This document shows positions 9,723 through 19,944 of a DNA stretch of 54,155 bases, in pieces. A program made the translations under genes and the position numbers. The notes under the pieces were generated by a model that was not told the origin of the DNA, did not search any database, and saw only the letters and a list, made by a program, of their open reading frames with translations. The DNA is from an uncultured Gammaproteobacteria bacterium (GTDB lineage Bacteria; Patescibacteriota; Patescibacteriia; Patescibacteriales; UBA12465). The stretch's first letter is position 1; each line of letters opens with the position of its first letter. The stretch covers positions 1-54,155 of the forward strand of contig CAZJSQ010000004.1 in NCBI GenBank assembly GCA_964548885.1. The letters are read 5' to 3'.

Positions 9723-11192
9723 ATGAAGATTGAACGGATAATTAAAAAATTCCAAGAGAACCATCCCGGAGAGGACGCTTCCATCTTGTCTTTAGCTTTT
9801 GATTTTGCCAGTGACGCCCATAACGACCAAATCCGAAAAAATGGCGAACCTTACATCCAGCACCCGCTTCATACCGCTTATCTCCTCACGGAAATTAAGG
9901 CTGATTTGGCGACTGTCACCGCCGGCTTGCTGCACGATGTCCCTGAAGATACGGATAAAACCTTAAAGGATATAAAAATACTTTTCGGCTCGGAAATAGC
10001 GACTCTGGTTGAAGGCGTCACCAAACTCGGTAAGATAAAATACCGCGGGATTGAGCGCTATCGCGAAAATCTGAAAAAAATGTTTCTGGCGATGGCCAGC
10101 GATTTAAGAGTTATTTTCATAAAATTTTGCGACCGTTTGAATAACTTGCGGACTCTGGAGATTCTGCCGCCGGAAAAGCAAAAAAGAATCGCCCAAGAAA
10201 CTTTAGAAATTTACGCGCCGATTGCCGGTCTTTTAGGAATCTGGCGCTTAAAATGGCAAATGGAAGATATCTGTTTTAAAGCTTTATTCCCGGAGAGATA
10301 TCATGAATTGGAATATAAATATGAAGTTGAAAAAAAAGTGGAGCGCAATCGTTTCTTTTATAAAATCAAAAGCATCCTGACTCCAAAGCTGGAGGAAGCC
10401 GAATTAAAATATACTATCGAAGTCCGTTTCAAGCATCTCTACAGTATTTATTTAAAAATGCAAGAAAAAGACCGTAAATTCGATGAAATTTATGACGTCT
10501 TCGCTTTAAGAATAATCGTACCGACCGTAGATGATTGTTATAAGACTCTGGGCATTATTCATACTCTGTGGAAGCCGAAACCTAATCGCTTCAAAGATTA
10601 TATCGCCGTCCCGAAACCGAACGGCTATCGATCGCTGCACACCACCATCTTCGGTCCGGAAGGAAAGACGACTGAATTCCAAATCAGGACGCAGGAAATG
10701 CACGAAGAAAGCATTTATGGTTTATCGGCTCATTGGTATTATAAGAACCAACATAGCCAGTCGATCTACAAAGCTCCGACTTGGGTAGAGGAGATTATCG
10801 AAATACAGAAAGAAATCACCAGTACCAGCGAATTCGTCAAAAAAATAAAATTGGACATTTTTCGCGACCGTATTTTCGTTTTTTCTCCCAAAGGCGACGT
10901 CTTTGAATTGCCGGAAGGAGCGACGCCGATAGATTTCGCTTACGCCGTCCATACTAATATCGGCAATAAAGCGGCCGGAGTTATCGTTAATGATAAACTA
11001 GGCAAGCTGGACCAAGAATTAAAAAATGGCGATTTTGTAGAAATAATCACGGAAAAGAAACGCCCCTACCCCAATCGCGATTGGCTCAAATTCGCTAAAA
11101 CCAAGCGCGCCCGCGACCGCATCAAGCAATTCGGAAAAAAATCAACCCTGGAAAACATTAAACGGTTCCTTCCCGGTATCAAAAATAAATAA
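9723..11192 (+). CDS. rel: RelA/SpoT-family (p)ppGpp synthetase/hydrolase (HD + SYNTH + TGS; no C-terminal ACT)
   Basis: HxxQxRKxGEPYIxHP, LLHDVPED, RFKDY, PKPNGYRSLHT, EFQIRT, TGS domain (GATPIDFAYAVHT). Confidence 0.95.
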   Translation: MKIERIIKKFQENHPGEDASILSLAFDFASDAHNDQIRKNGEPYIQHPLHTAYLLTEIKADLATVTAGLLHDVPEDTDKTLKDIKILFGSEIATLVEGVTKLGKIKYRGIERYRENLKKMFLAMASDLRVIFIKFCDRLNNLRTLEILPPEKQKRIAQETLEIYAPIAGLLGIWRLKWQMEDICFKALFPERYHELEYKYEVEKKVERNRFFYKIKSILTPKLEEAELKYTIEVRFKHLYSIYLKMQEKDRKFDEIYDVFALRIIVPTVDDCYKTLGIIHTLWKPKPNRFKDYIAVPKPNGYRSLHTTIFGPEGKTTEFQIRTQEMHEESIYGLSAHWYYKNQHSQSIYKAPTWVEEIIEIQKEITSTSEFVKKIKLDIFRDRIFVFSPKGDVFELPEGATPIDFAYAVHTNIGNKAAGVIVNDKLGKLDQELKNGDFVEIITEKKRPYPNRDWLKFAKTKRARDRIKQFGKKSTLENIKRFLPGIKNK

Positions 11193-11230
11193 ATAAAAGA
11201 CCGCTGTCTTAAATGACAGCGGTCTTTTAT
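11193..11230. terminator. Bidirectional intrinsic terminator between rel and rpsU
   Basis: Perfect 16-bp inverted repeat ataaaagaccgctgtc/gacagcggtcttttat with a 6-nt loop and T/A tracts, between convergent genes. Confidence 0.9.
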
Positions 11231-11255
11231 ATTTTTTTCTTCCATTATAAAAATC

Positions 11256-11489
11256 CTAAGCGCGCATGTTGCTTTCCGGCAATTTGCCGATTTTACGCAA
11301 ATATTCATTTTTCTTACGCAAATCCAACCCGGTTAACGCGTGTTTTTTCTGTTTCTGTCTAGTTGTTTTCGGTTCCAAGTGTTGTTTTGAACGCGCCTTT
11401 TCCAAACGCTTGCTGTTCTTCAGCCCTTTCTTGAATTTTCTCAAGAAACTTTCAAAACTTTCACCCGGTTTCCTTTTAAAGTCCGCCAT
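11256..11489 (-). CDS. rpsU: 30S ribosomal protein bS21
   Basis: KRKPGESFESFLRKFKK...HLEPK. Small and basic; AGGAAGGT SD before the ATG at 11489. Confidence 0.85.
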   Translation of the reverse strand: MADFKRKPGESFESFLRKFKKGLKNSKRLEKARSKQHLEPKTTRQKQKKHALTGLDLRKKNEYLRKIGKLPESNMRA

Positions 11490-12858
11490 AAAGCCCACCT
11501 TCCTTTCTATTATTTAATCTTTTTTCAATTAATTTATCTTTTTTTGACAGCCGTTCCTTAATTTTCTTATAAATAACGGTTTCTTGCGCCCCGGAATCCA
11601 TATCCCGCATGAGAATCGTTCCATCCATTATCTCCTTCTTCCCTAATATCAGGCTGGTTTTAGCTTGCATGGCCATCGCCTCTTCCAATTGAATTTTCAG
11701 GCTGTCGGAAGCGAAAGATTGGCGGACATTAAAACCGGCGGCGCGTAAATCCTCAAATAATTGCAGGGATTTCAACTTGGCCTGATCGCCTAATTGCGCG
11801 ATAAATACTATATCGTTTTCTTGTTTATTTATCAAGAGCTGTTTATCTTTAATCTTAGCCAAGGTTCTTTCCAGCCCGATGGCTAATCCGATTGCCGGAG
11901 TCGGAATTCCGCCTAAATTTTCCACTAAAGAATCATAACGACCGCCTCCGCCGAGAGCAATTTTACCCAGAATGGAACCGTCATCATTGATCGGCCAGAA
12001 TTCAAACACGGTATCATTATAATAACTCAAGCCGCGAACGAGATAAGGATTAAAATTATAATTAATATTTAACTCATCAAGAAATTCCAAAGTCTTGGTA
12101 AAATGCTCTCGGCTTTCGACTGATAAATAGTCCGCTATTTGCGGCGCTTCCTCGCGTAACTTGACGCAAGCGTCCTCGCTGCAGTCCAGCAGACTTAAGA
12201 CGTTCCGGCCTAAATTATTCTTGCATAAATTACAAAGTTTAGAGCGGCGCCCTCTTTCCTTATAAAAAGCCAGGAGCTTGCTGCCATATTCCCGGCGGCA
12301 TTCAGAATCGCCGATACTGTTTATCTGGACTTGGATTTTAATCCCCAATTCGGCGAAAAAATTATGCGCGACGGTGATGAGCAGCGCTTCGGCGAGCGGC
12401 TTATCCTCGCCGATTATTTCCAGATTCATCTGGGTAGACTCGCGATAATGGCCGGTTTGTAATTTTTCATGGCGGAAAATAGGACCAAGCGAAAACATTC
12501 GCGCCGGCAGTCCAGATTCGCCCAGATTATTTTCTAAATACGAGCGGATGACACCTTGGGTTATTTCGGGGCGTAAAGTCATTTTTCCGCTTTTTTCCCC
12601 TTCAACGGCGTAGAATTCTCTTTCCGTGTTATGGCGCGTGGATTTCTTATATAGATCATAGCTCTCCATAATCGGAGTCCGGATCGGAGTGAAACTGTAA
12701 ATCTTGGCGAATTCATTGGCTTTACCGACGATAAAATCAAAATAGCGGCATTCCGCTCCGACCCAGTCTTTCATTCCCAAAAGACGATTCGGAATTTTTT
12801 CACTTCGGCACTCTGGTTTTGGGGCCGCGCTCGGCGCGCCCTTTTTTCGTCTAGGCAT
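11476..12858 (-). CDS. hisS: Histidyl-tRNA synthetase family protein (divergent motif 2)
   Basis: LRPEIT, FRHE..Q.GHYRESTQ, LVRGLSYY, GGGGRYD, GLERT, C-terminal anticodon-binding domain. Confidence 0.85.
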   Translation of the reverse strand: MPRRKKGAPSAAPKPECRSEKIPNRLLGMKDWVGAECRYFDFIVGKANEFAKIYSFTPIRTPIMESYDLYKKSTRHNTEREFYAVEGEKSGKMTLRPEITQGVIRSYLENNLGESGLPARMFSLGPIFRHEKLQTGHYRESTQMNLEIIGEDKPLAEALLITVAHNFFAELGIKIQVQINSIGDSECRREYGSKLLAFYKERGRRSKLCNLCKNNLGRNVLSLLDCSEDACVKLREEAPQIADYLSVESREHFTKTLEFLDELNINYNFNPYLVRGLSYYNDTVFEFWPINDDGSILGKIALGGGGRYDSLVENLGGIPTPAIGLAIGLERTLAKIKDKQLLINKQENDIVFIAQLGDQAKLKSLQLFEDLRAAGFNVRQSFASDSLKIQLEEAMAMQAKTSLILGKKEIMDGTILMRDMDSGAQETVIYKKIKERLSKKDKLIEKRLNNRKEGGLYGGL

Positions 12859-12863
12859 AAATA

Positions 12864-13433
12864 TTAGTTATTATATTGAGGCCAATAATCTTTATTAAAA
12901 ACAGTCAATTCGTTCAATGGCCAACCGCGAAACAAGACTTTCCCGGTGATAAAACTCCGGTTGACCGGTCCGAAACTGCGCGAATCCTTGGAAGCGTTAC
13001 GGTTGTCGCCGAGTACGAAATATTCATTTGGGCCGACAGTCACTTTTAACTCGCTAGAATCGAAAGTGATTAAATCGCTGGCCAGATATTTTTCATCAAT
13101 GGCGAACCCTTCCGGATAAGCGGCGTTGGATATAAGGACTTGTCCGTCTTTGATCTGAATTTGTTCCCCCGGCAAGCCGATGACTCTTTTAATAAAATAT
13201 TCCTGCGGGTTGCGGGGATAACGGAAAACGATAACTTGACCGCGCTCCGGAGCGTTAAAACGATAACTAAGCTCATCGATTATCAAATATTCGTGGTCGT
13301 GAAAATTAGGTTCCATGGAAGCGCCTTTAACATAAAAAGGCTGAATCAGAAAATATCTGACCGGTAAGATTATCGCTAAAGAGATGGCCACCACTTTTGT
13401 TATCTCCCAGACAAATATAAAAAATTTCTTCAT
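12864..13433 (-). CDS. lepB: Signal peptidase I
   Basis: GASMEP (catalytic Ser), IKRVIGLPG (catalytic Lys), GDNR..S.DSR. Confidence 0.96.
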   Translation of the reverse strand: MKKFFIFVWEITKVVAISLAIILPVRYFLIQPFYVKGASMEPNFHDHEYLIIDELSYRFNAPERGQVIVFRYPRNPQEYFIKRVIGLPGEQIQIKDGQVLISNAAYPEGFAIDEKYLASDLITFDSSELKVTVGPNEYFVLGDNRNASKDSRSFGPVNRSFITGKVLFRGWPLNELTVFNKDYWPQYNN

Positions 13434-13522
13434 AATCTCGAAAAAAATATAAAATGAAATAAGATAAACTCTACTATATCAGAAAAATGCCAATAAATCA
13501 AATCAGCGATTTTATCTAACAT

Positions 13523-14683
13523 TTAATAAATAAACATCGCATCGCCATAACTGAAGAAGCGATATCCGCCGGAAATGGCCTGCTTATAAGCGGTGTCAAT
13601 GGGCCTCTTGCCGGCCAGGGCGCTTACTAGCATTAAAAGAGTAGATTTTGGTAAATGAAAATTAGTTATCAAGGCCTCCACTATCTTGAACTTATATCCG
13701 GGATAGATAAAAATATTGGTCCAGAAAGATTGCGATTTGAGGCTTTTGCTCTTTTTTAAACTTAGTTTCTTCTTAAAACCATTAATCTTTAACTGCGGCG
13801 CGAATTTTCCCCAATCCGCCGCTTCCAGAGTCCGACAGCTCGTCGTTCCGACAGCGATAATTCGTCCGCCGGCCTGCTTTGCGGCTAAAATTTCTTTAGC
13901 CGCCCGGCCGCTGATTTCAACGAATTCGCTATGCATCTTATGATCCGTAATCTTTTCCGTTTTGACCGGAGCGAAAGTCCCTAAGCCGACATGCAAAGTT
14001 ACCGTTACTATTTTTACGCCTTTCACCCTGATCTTCTTCAATAAATTTTTCGTAAAATGGAGGCCGGCCGTCGGTGCCGCCGCGGAACCGACCTTGCGCG
14101 GATCCGCGAAGACGGTCTGATAATTGTTTTTATCGCTGGCTATTTTTTTATCACGCTTGATATAAGGCGGCAAAGGGATAAGACCAATCTTATTAATAAC
14201 TTTCCAAAATTTACCGCCCGTTAAATTAAACTTTATCCGCCAAGTACCGTCATTATTATTTTTCACAATCATCGCTTGGAGCGGGCTTTTTAAAAAATTA
14301 ATATTAAGACCTTCTTTAACATGCCCGCCGACTAAACACTCCCAGATATTTTCTTGTTTCCTGTTTAGGCTTGTTTTATCGGCACTAATAATTTTTCCGG
14401 AATTTGCTTCTCCGTCGCTTAATTTCTGATGCAAAAAAATTTCCACCGCCCCGCCGGTGGCCGCCTTCTGACCGAGCAATCGGGCTGGAAAAACTTTGGA
14501 ATTATTCAAAACCAGCACGTCGCCCGGTTTCAAATAATCAAGAATCTCATAAAAATAATGATGGCTGATCGCGCCCGTCTCCTTATTTAACAACAAAAGC
14601 CGCGAATGGTCTCGCGGTCTGATTGGCCGCTGGGCGATAAGCTTAAGCAGTAAATGATAATCAAAATCCGAAGTCTGATACAT
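13523..14683 (-). CDS. queA: S-adenosylmethionine:tRNA ribosyltransferase-isomerase
   Basis: PLPPYI, YQTVFA, AAPTAGLHF, TLHVGLGTF, VGTTS.R.LE, TNFHLPKSTL, YRFFSYGDAM. Confidence 0.97.
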   Translation of the reverse strand: MYQTSDFDYHLLLKLIAQRPIRPRDHSRLLLLNKETGAISHHYFYEILDYLKPGDVLVLNNSKVFPARLLGQKAATGGAVEIFLHQKLSDGEANSGKIISADKTSLNRKQENIWECLVGGHVKEGLNINFLKSPLQAMIVKNNNDGTWRIKFNLTGGKFWKVINKIGLIPLPPYIKRDKKIASDKNNYQTVFADPRKVGSAAAPTAGLHFTKNLLKKIRVKGVKIVTVTLHVGLGTFAPVKTEKITDHKMHSEFVEISGRAAKEILAAKQAGGRIIAVGTTSCRTLEAADWGKFAPQLKINGFKKKLSLKKSKSLKSQSFWTNIFIYPGYKFKIVEALITNFHLPKSTLLMLVSALAGKRPIDTAYKQAISGGYRFFSYGDAMFIY

Positions 14684-14686
14684 AAA

Positions 14687-15709
14687 CTAAACAAGCTTGC
14701 CCGTTCCCGGCTCTTTCAAGCCAAGATGCTGATAGCCCAAAGCGGTAACGATCCGTCCGCGCGGCGAACGGTCCAAAAATCCCAGCTGCATTAAGTAAGG
14801 CTCATAAATATTTTCGATCGTCTCCATTTCTTCGCCGCTCGCGGCCGCGAGCGTATTCAGTCCGACCGGACCGCCCTTGAATTTATTAATGATAGTTTCC
14901 AAGATCCGACGATCAATCAAATCCAACCCGAGTTCATCGACTCCCAACATCTTAAAAGCGGCCAAGCTATCCGCTAAAGAAACTCGGCCGTCGCCTTTCA
15001 CTTCACAATAATCGCGCACCCGCTTTAACAAGCGATTAGCGATCCGCGGCGTCCGTCGACTGCGCTGGGCGATTTCTTTGCGCGCGTCCACGTCCATATC
15101 GATACTCAAAATACCGGCGCTGCGGCCGATAATCTTTTCCAAATCGCTATTTTCATAAAAATTAAGATGATGCGTGACGCCGAAACGGTCTCTGAGCGGC
15201 GCGGATAAAAGACTGGCTAAAGTCGTTGCCCCGATAATCGTAAATTTTGACAGATCTAAACGTAAAGTTCGCGCGCTCGGCCCCTTACCCATAATAATAT
15301 CCAAAGCGTAATCTTCCATGGCCGGATATAATATTTCTTCAACTACTTTTGGCAGGCGATGGATTTCATCGATAAACAGAATATCGCCGGCCTCCAAATT
15401 AGTTAAAATAGCGGCCAAATCACCGCTCTTTTCAATCGCCGGGCCGGAAGTCACCCGGATATTCGCCCCGATTTCATTAGCAATGACATGCGCTAAAGTC
15501 GTTTTTCCCAAACCCGGAGCGCCGTATAATAAAATATGTTCAATCGCTTCCCCGCGCTTGGTCGCGGCCGCGATAGTTATCCCTAAATTTTCCTTAATCC
15601 TCTCTTGACCGACATATTCTTTCAAGGTTTTCGGACGCAAAGATAAATCAAGCGCTTCATCGCCTTGGCGCTCTATCGGACTGATTAAGCGATCAGTTTT
15701 AGTAGTCAT
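14687..15709 (-). CDS. ruvB: Holliday junction branch-migration helicase RuvB
   Basis: [42 protein letters not shown]. Start adjusted to the ATG at 15709. Confidence 0.97.
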   Translation of the reverse strand: MTTKTDRLISPIERQGDEALDLSLRPKTLKEYVGQERIKENLGITIAAATKRGEAIEHILLYGAPGLGKTTLAHVIANEIGANIRVTSGPAIEKSGDLAAILTNLEAGDILFIDEIHRLPKVVEEILYPAMEDYALDIIMGKGPSARTLRLDLSKFTIIGATTLASLLSAPLRDRFGVTHHLNFYENSDLEKIIGRSAGILSIDMDVDARKEIAQRSRRTPRIANRLLKRVRDYCEVKGDGRVSLADSLAAFKMLGVDELGLDLIDRRILETIINKFKGGPVGLNTLAAASGEEMETIENIYEPYLMQLGFLDRSPRGRIVTALGYQHLGLKEPGTGKLV

Positions 15710-15789
15710 ATGGTTAATATCATGCTTTATTATACTATCTACTGCCAATATTCAATTTAATTCAATTTTAAACATTGCCAATGTATATT

Positions 15790-18700
15790 TTAAACCTCCC
15801 TGAATTCGCAAATTGAATTAAAATCGCAGAACTGGCACATCGGCGAGGGCGTCGGCGTAAAATTCCGTTTTTTGATGGCCGTGATTTCTTTCATGACGCT
15901 GACGCGCAATTTAGTGATATCTTTGGCCGTCGCCAGAAACGAAATTTTTTCGCCGCTTTCCAGATAATAATAGCTCAAGGCGCTGACTTTCTCTCCCAAG
16001 AACTCTTCCAAAAATAATTGATAAAGAATTAATTGGCGCTTGTCTTTAAATCCTAATTTCGTCCTATTTTTTCCGGTTTTATAATCTATAACCTCTAAAG
16101 TTCCGTCGCCGAGCTTATCAACCCGGTCAATCGCTCCCTTGATGACATCATCTCCGATTTTAAAAGAAAATTTCTTTTCCAAAAATAATATTTCCGTCCC
16201 GTTTGGCGCCGCTTGATAAGCGACTAAAAATTTTTTCAAAGCGTCACGGCCCTTAATCTGGTATTTCTCCCGCTCCTCTTTAGAAGCATAGCCGTCCGCC
16301 TGCCAGAACTCCGCGTATAATTCCATTAATCTCGCTTCGCTTAGAAGATTAGCTCCGGTTTTCCCCGGCGCGTCTTTCCCCGCGGCTGCTCCCGGCCCGG
16401 CGAACAGGTCGCCTTGTAATATTTTCCGCTCGCTTAGGAACGGGAGTAAAAAATTATATAAAGTATTATGGAGCACGCGGCCGAAAACGAGCGACGCCTT
16501 ATCAGCGGAGGCGGGAATTTTTAAAATAAAAGCGTATTTATACTGGAGCGGGCAAGTGGAATAAGCCGCCAATTGCGAAAAAGAAAATTTATCCGGGAGC
16601 GGATATTTATCCGCCGCGCTTTTTTCAAGCGGCGTTAGTTCGCGGGCGTTAAGATAATGCAGATCGCGCAAAAATTCGTTTTTTTCGCTCAGCGTCAGTT
16701 CCGGCCCGATTTCACTCGCGAGCCCCATCTCGGAAATAAAACGCGATGGTTTCTTCTCACGCGCTCCGCCATAATCCTTGGCGCCGGTCAGATATAATTC
16801 CGCTTTCGCTCGCGTTACTGCCACATAAAACAAGCGGCGCTCTTCTTCCAGATGCGCGTCCGACGCTTCCGCCAGCTTTTCGCGAACCAAGGCATCGGGA
16901 ATAGCAATTTTTTCGCCGCGGGCGATGGTCGGAAATTTCTTATCCACCAGGTTAACAATAAAAACATATTTAAACTCCAAGCCTTTGGCGCCATGGATAG
17001 TCATGATCTTAACCGTATCGCTATCGGCAAAATCCAGTTTTAAAGAACCGGTCTCGCCCGCTTCCAGTTCCATATTTATCGCCGAGAGAAAATCTCCCAA
17101 GCGCAAATCCGGTTCAGTTTCTTCCATAGTCTTTATCTTCTGATAGAGCTGGTTTAAAAATGAGAATAATTCCAGGTCCCGGTCGTGATCTAACCCGACG
17201 AGCAGCCCGGAATCGTAAGCGAAGCGCAAAAAAATCTTAGTCGGCTTGGCCGTCGCCGCCATTTTTGAAAACTCTTCAACCAGCGCCAAGAGCTTATTAA
17301 TGTTCTTAATGCTCTCGGGACTGACGCCGGAAATCGCGTTGATGTTCTTTAAAGCTTCATATAAAGACCAAACTTTACGCGCCGCCGTTTTATTGATATT
17401 TACGAGATCAAGATGCGCCACTTTGAATATTTCCATATTCAAGACGCGGAAAAGCGCGGCCGATTCATGATAATTATCCAGCAGCCTGAAAAAAGCTAAG
17501 ATATCCAGAATAATCGGCTTATAATAAAGTCCGCGCCAAGACATAAATTGGTTGGGAATATTTTGGCGGCTCAATTCCTTAACGTAAGCTTCGGCCGTAT
17601 CGTTGGCGCGCACGAGAATCGCGAAATCCGACCAATTAGTTTCTCCTGCGCCCGCCTCCTGGCCGTTATCCGCTTCATGAAGTTCAGTTATCCGCCGCGC
17701 GACGTATGACAGCTCGTCATGAGCCGATTCAAAATTCAAAAACTTCACGGCCGACCCCGCGGATTTCATTTTATTGATCTCGCCTTGAGCGACAAGTTTC
17801 TTATCAATCTTCAATTTAGTTTCCAAGCGGTTGGGATTATTGTTTTGGATAAAGCGATAAGCGTAATCCAGAATCGTTTGGCGCGAACGATAATTCGCCG
17901 TCAAAATTATTTCTTCGGCTCGCGGATAATCGTCTTTAAACTGCATGATATTGGAGAGCGAAGCGCCGCGGAATTTATAAATAGAATTGTGGACTAAGAT
18001 GCCGTTGGCCACAAAATTATGAGTCCGATTGACTTCTAAATCATAAACATAACCTGTTCTCCGGCTGGCTTGGCGGCTGACAATCTGATCATAAATAACG
18101 CCCCCATCCGTTACGATCGGCAAAGACATACCGGGAAAAATATTTTTAGCCGGGACGATTATGGCTTTCAAAAATTTTTCTTTAACCTTGCCGATTTTCA
18201 TCTGCGGCTCTATGAATCCGCCGATTTCTTTTTGAACCCGGCGCGCTATTTTTCCTAAATAGCTTAAATCCGGACTGGTCAAACGCAATCTCCGACCGAT
18301 TTGGCCGGGGTTGATTTTAAAACCCATCTTCTCTAATTTAAAAATCGTCAACTGATCACTGGTGTCGATTGACAATAAATGCGCCACAACGGGATTAATA
18401 AGAAAACCGTCCTTGGCGACCTTGGAATGATATTTCCGATAGCACATTTCCAAATGGATCTTTATTCGCAATTTATTCCCGCGATTTACCGCTTCCAGAC
18501 AATAGGGTGAGGCTTCTAAATCAATATTCAAATCTTGAGCTAAACGATGAACACCGGCCGCCACATCCAATTCTTTATATAATTTGGAACTCCAAATCTT
18601 TTTATCCATTATACCGTCTCTCTCCTGAAAACAAACCGTGGGAATGCCGTATTTCAAAGATAATAATACTTCCTGATGGCGCGCTTCGGCCATAGTTTGA

Positions 18701-19944
18701 TAGCAGCCAACGGCGATAATATTATCAGCCGACCTTTCCAGCCTTAAGCGCAGCGCCAAATCATTAGTCATGCCCAAACGCCAGCCTAATTCCTGCTTAA
18801 ACATCAGATAAACATAAAAATATTCCTTGCCGGAAATTCTGGGCATGAAACAGAACATTTTATGATTATCGGTCGCTGTTATTTTTTTGCCTGATTTAGT
18901 AACGAATGATAATAACAGCGCGGTTTTTTTTGTTTTATTAACATGTCCGACCCGGCTATAACTCAAACTCCCTTTCCCGACGGCCGTCGCCACTTCATCG
19001 CCCGTCTTGATATCTTTAATTTTTTTCCGGCCCGTTTTAGCCAGAATTAAAGTTTCGCCCGGCAAACACTGATCGTCATCGCCCACAACCACTAAATTAT
19101 TTTTCGGCGCGACCAATATTTTTACCAGCTCATATTGTGCCCAATTCGTATCCTGAAACTCGTCAACCATGATATATTTAAACTTAGCGCGATAAAATTT
19201 CAGAATATTTGACCGCTCTTTGAATAACTTTAAGGCATAGACAATCAAATCGCCGAAATCCAAAAAATTATTCTCCAACAATAATTGATTATAAGCATGA
19301 TAAGCGTCGGCTAATTCTCGGATGCGGCCGATTTCCAATTCTTCGCCGTCATCTTCGGCCCCCGCTTTAGGTAATGATTTTGCCTTTTTACCTATTTTTT
19401 TCCCGCTCAATCTGGCGTCCTGATCGGATTCCAACTCTTCCGCGTACTTTAAATATTCCGCGACAGAAATATTTTCATCCTTCAGGCGGGAAAAATGCCG
19501 CAACAGCTCCGAAATAAATTTAGTCGGATTGCCGAGAGGCCGATAATAATCCAAATTGAAACGATTTAAATTTTTCTTGATTAAAACCCATTGCTCGGTC
19601 GAATTTAAGAGTTTAAAACCGGGATTAAGCCCGATATCCAAGCTGAATTCTCTCAGCACTCGTTCGCAAAACCCGTGAAAAGTATTGATCCATAAATCCA
19701 CATAGCCGTAAGGCAAAATCTTATCCGCCCTCTCTTCCAATTCTCCGGCCGCCTTCTCCGTAAAAGTCAAAAGCAGAATCTCGTCAGTTTTTATTTTCTT
19801 CTCCGTTATCAGATAAGCCAAGCGGTTTATCAAAACCGTGGTCTTGCCCGTACCGGCGCCGGCCACTATTAAAAGCGGGCCCTGATCGTGAGTCGCGGCC
19901 GCCCGTTGTTCCTCATTTAATTGTTTCAACAATTCTGAAGGCAT
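15790..19944 (-). CDS. UvrD/REP-family helicase fused to a C-terminal PD-(D/E)XK (AddB/Cas4-like, 4-Cys) nuclease; contains an intein
   Basis: AGAGTGKT, TFTEKAA, VDEFQDTN, VGDDDQ/SIY.FRGA, TIHGAKGLEF, EERRLFYVAVTRA. Nuclease part: FSFSQL..Y..CP, GAIDRVD, IDYKTG, QLILY, C..C.F..IC. Confidence 0.93.
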   Translation of the reverse strand: MPSELLKQLNEEQRAAATHDQGPLLIVAGAGTGKTTVLINRLAYLITEKKIKTDEILLLTFTEKAAGELEERADKILPYGYVDLWINTFHGFCERVLREFSLDIGLNPGFKLLNSTEQWVLIKKNLNRFNLDYYRPLGNPTKFISELLRHFSRLKDENISVAEYLKYAEELESDQDARLSGKKIGKKAKSLPKAGAEDDGEELEIGRIRELADAYHAYNQLLLENNFLDFGDLIVYALKLFKERSNILKFYRAKFKYIMVDEFQDTNWAQYELVKILVAPKNNLVVVGDDDQCLPGETLILAKTGRKKIKDIKTGDEVATAVGKGSLSYSRVGHVNKTKKTALLLSFVTKSGKKITATDNHKMFCFMPRISGKEYFYVYLMFKQELGWRLGMTNDLALRLRLERSADNIIAVGCYQTMAEARHQEVLLSLKYGIPTVCFQERDGIMDKKIWSSKLYKELDVAAGVHRLAQDLNIDLEASPYCLEAVNRGNKLRIKIHLEMCYRKYHSKVAKDGFLINPVVAHLLSIDTSDQLTIFKLEKMGFKINPGQIGRRLRLTSPDLSYLGKIARRVQKEIGGFIEPQMKIGKVKEKFLKAIIVPAKNIFPGMSLPIVTDGGVIYDQIVSRQASRRTGYVYDLEVNRTHNFVANGILVHNSIYKFRGASLSNIMQFKDDYPRAEEIILTANYRSRQTILDYAYRFIQNNNPNRLETKLKIDKKLVAQGEINKMKSAGSAVKFLNFESAHDELSYVARRITELHEADNGQEAGAGETNWSDFAILVRANDTAEAYVKELSRQNIPNQFMSWRGLYYKPIILDILAFFRLLDNYHESAALFRVLNMEIFKVAHLDLVNINKTAARKVWSLYEALKNINAISGVSPESIKNINKLLALVEEFSKMAATAKPTKIFLRFAYDSGLLVGLDHDRDLELFSFLNQLYQKIKTMEETEPDLRLGDFLSAINMELEAGETGSLKLDFADSDTVKIMTIHGAKGLEFKYVFIVNLVDKKFPTIARGEKIAIPDALVREKLAEASDAHLEEERRLFYVAVTRAKAELYLTGAKDYGGAREKKPSRFISEMGLASEIGPELTLSEKNEFLRDLHYLNARELTPLEKSAADKYPLPDKFSFSQLAAYSTCPLQYKYAFILKIPASADKASLVFGRVLHNTLYNFLLPFLSERKILQGDLFAGPGAAAGKDAPGKTGANLLSEARLMELYAEFWQADGYASKEEREKYQIKGRDALKKFLVAYQAAPNGTEILFLEKKFSFKIGDDVIKGAIDRVDKLGDGTLEVIDYKTGKNRTKLGFKDKRQLILYQLFLEEFLGEKVSALSYYYLESGEKISFLATAKDITKLRVSVMKEITAIKKRNFTPTPSPMCQFCDFNSICEFREV
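17986..19068 (-). mobile_element. 361-aa intein inserted in helicase motif III
   Basis: Interrupts GDDDQ|SIYKFRG. Block A CLPGET, block B TATDNH, blocks F/G VYDLEV..THNFVANGILVHN, followed by Ser+1. Confidence 0.96.

Noticed and set aside
15790-16600. Cas4-like nuclease as a sign of CRISPR-Cas
   Set aside because: It is fused to a UvrD helicase; no cas genes or repeat-spacer array were seen in the window.
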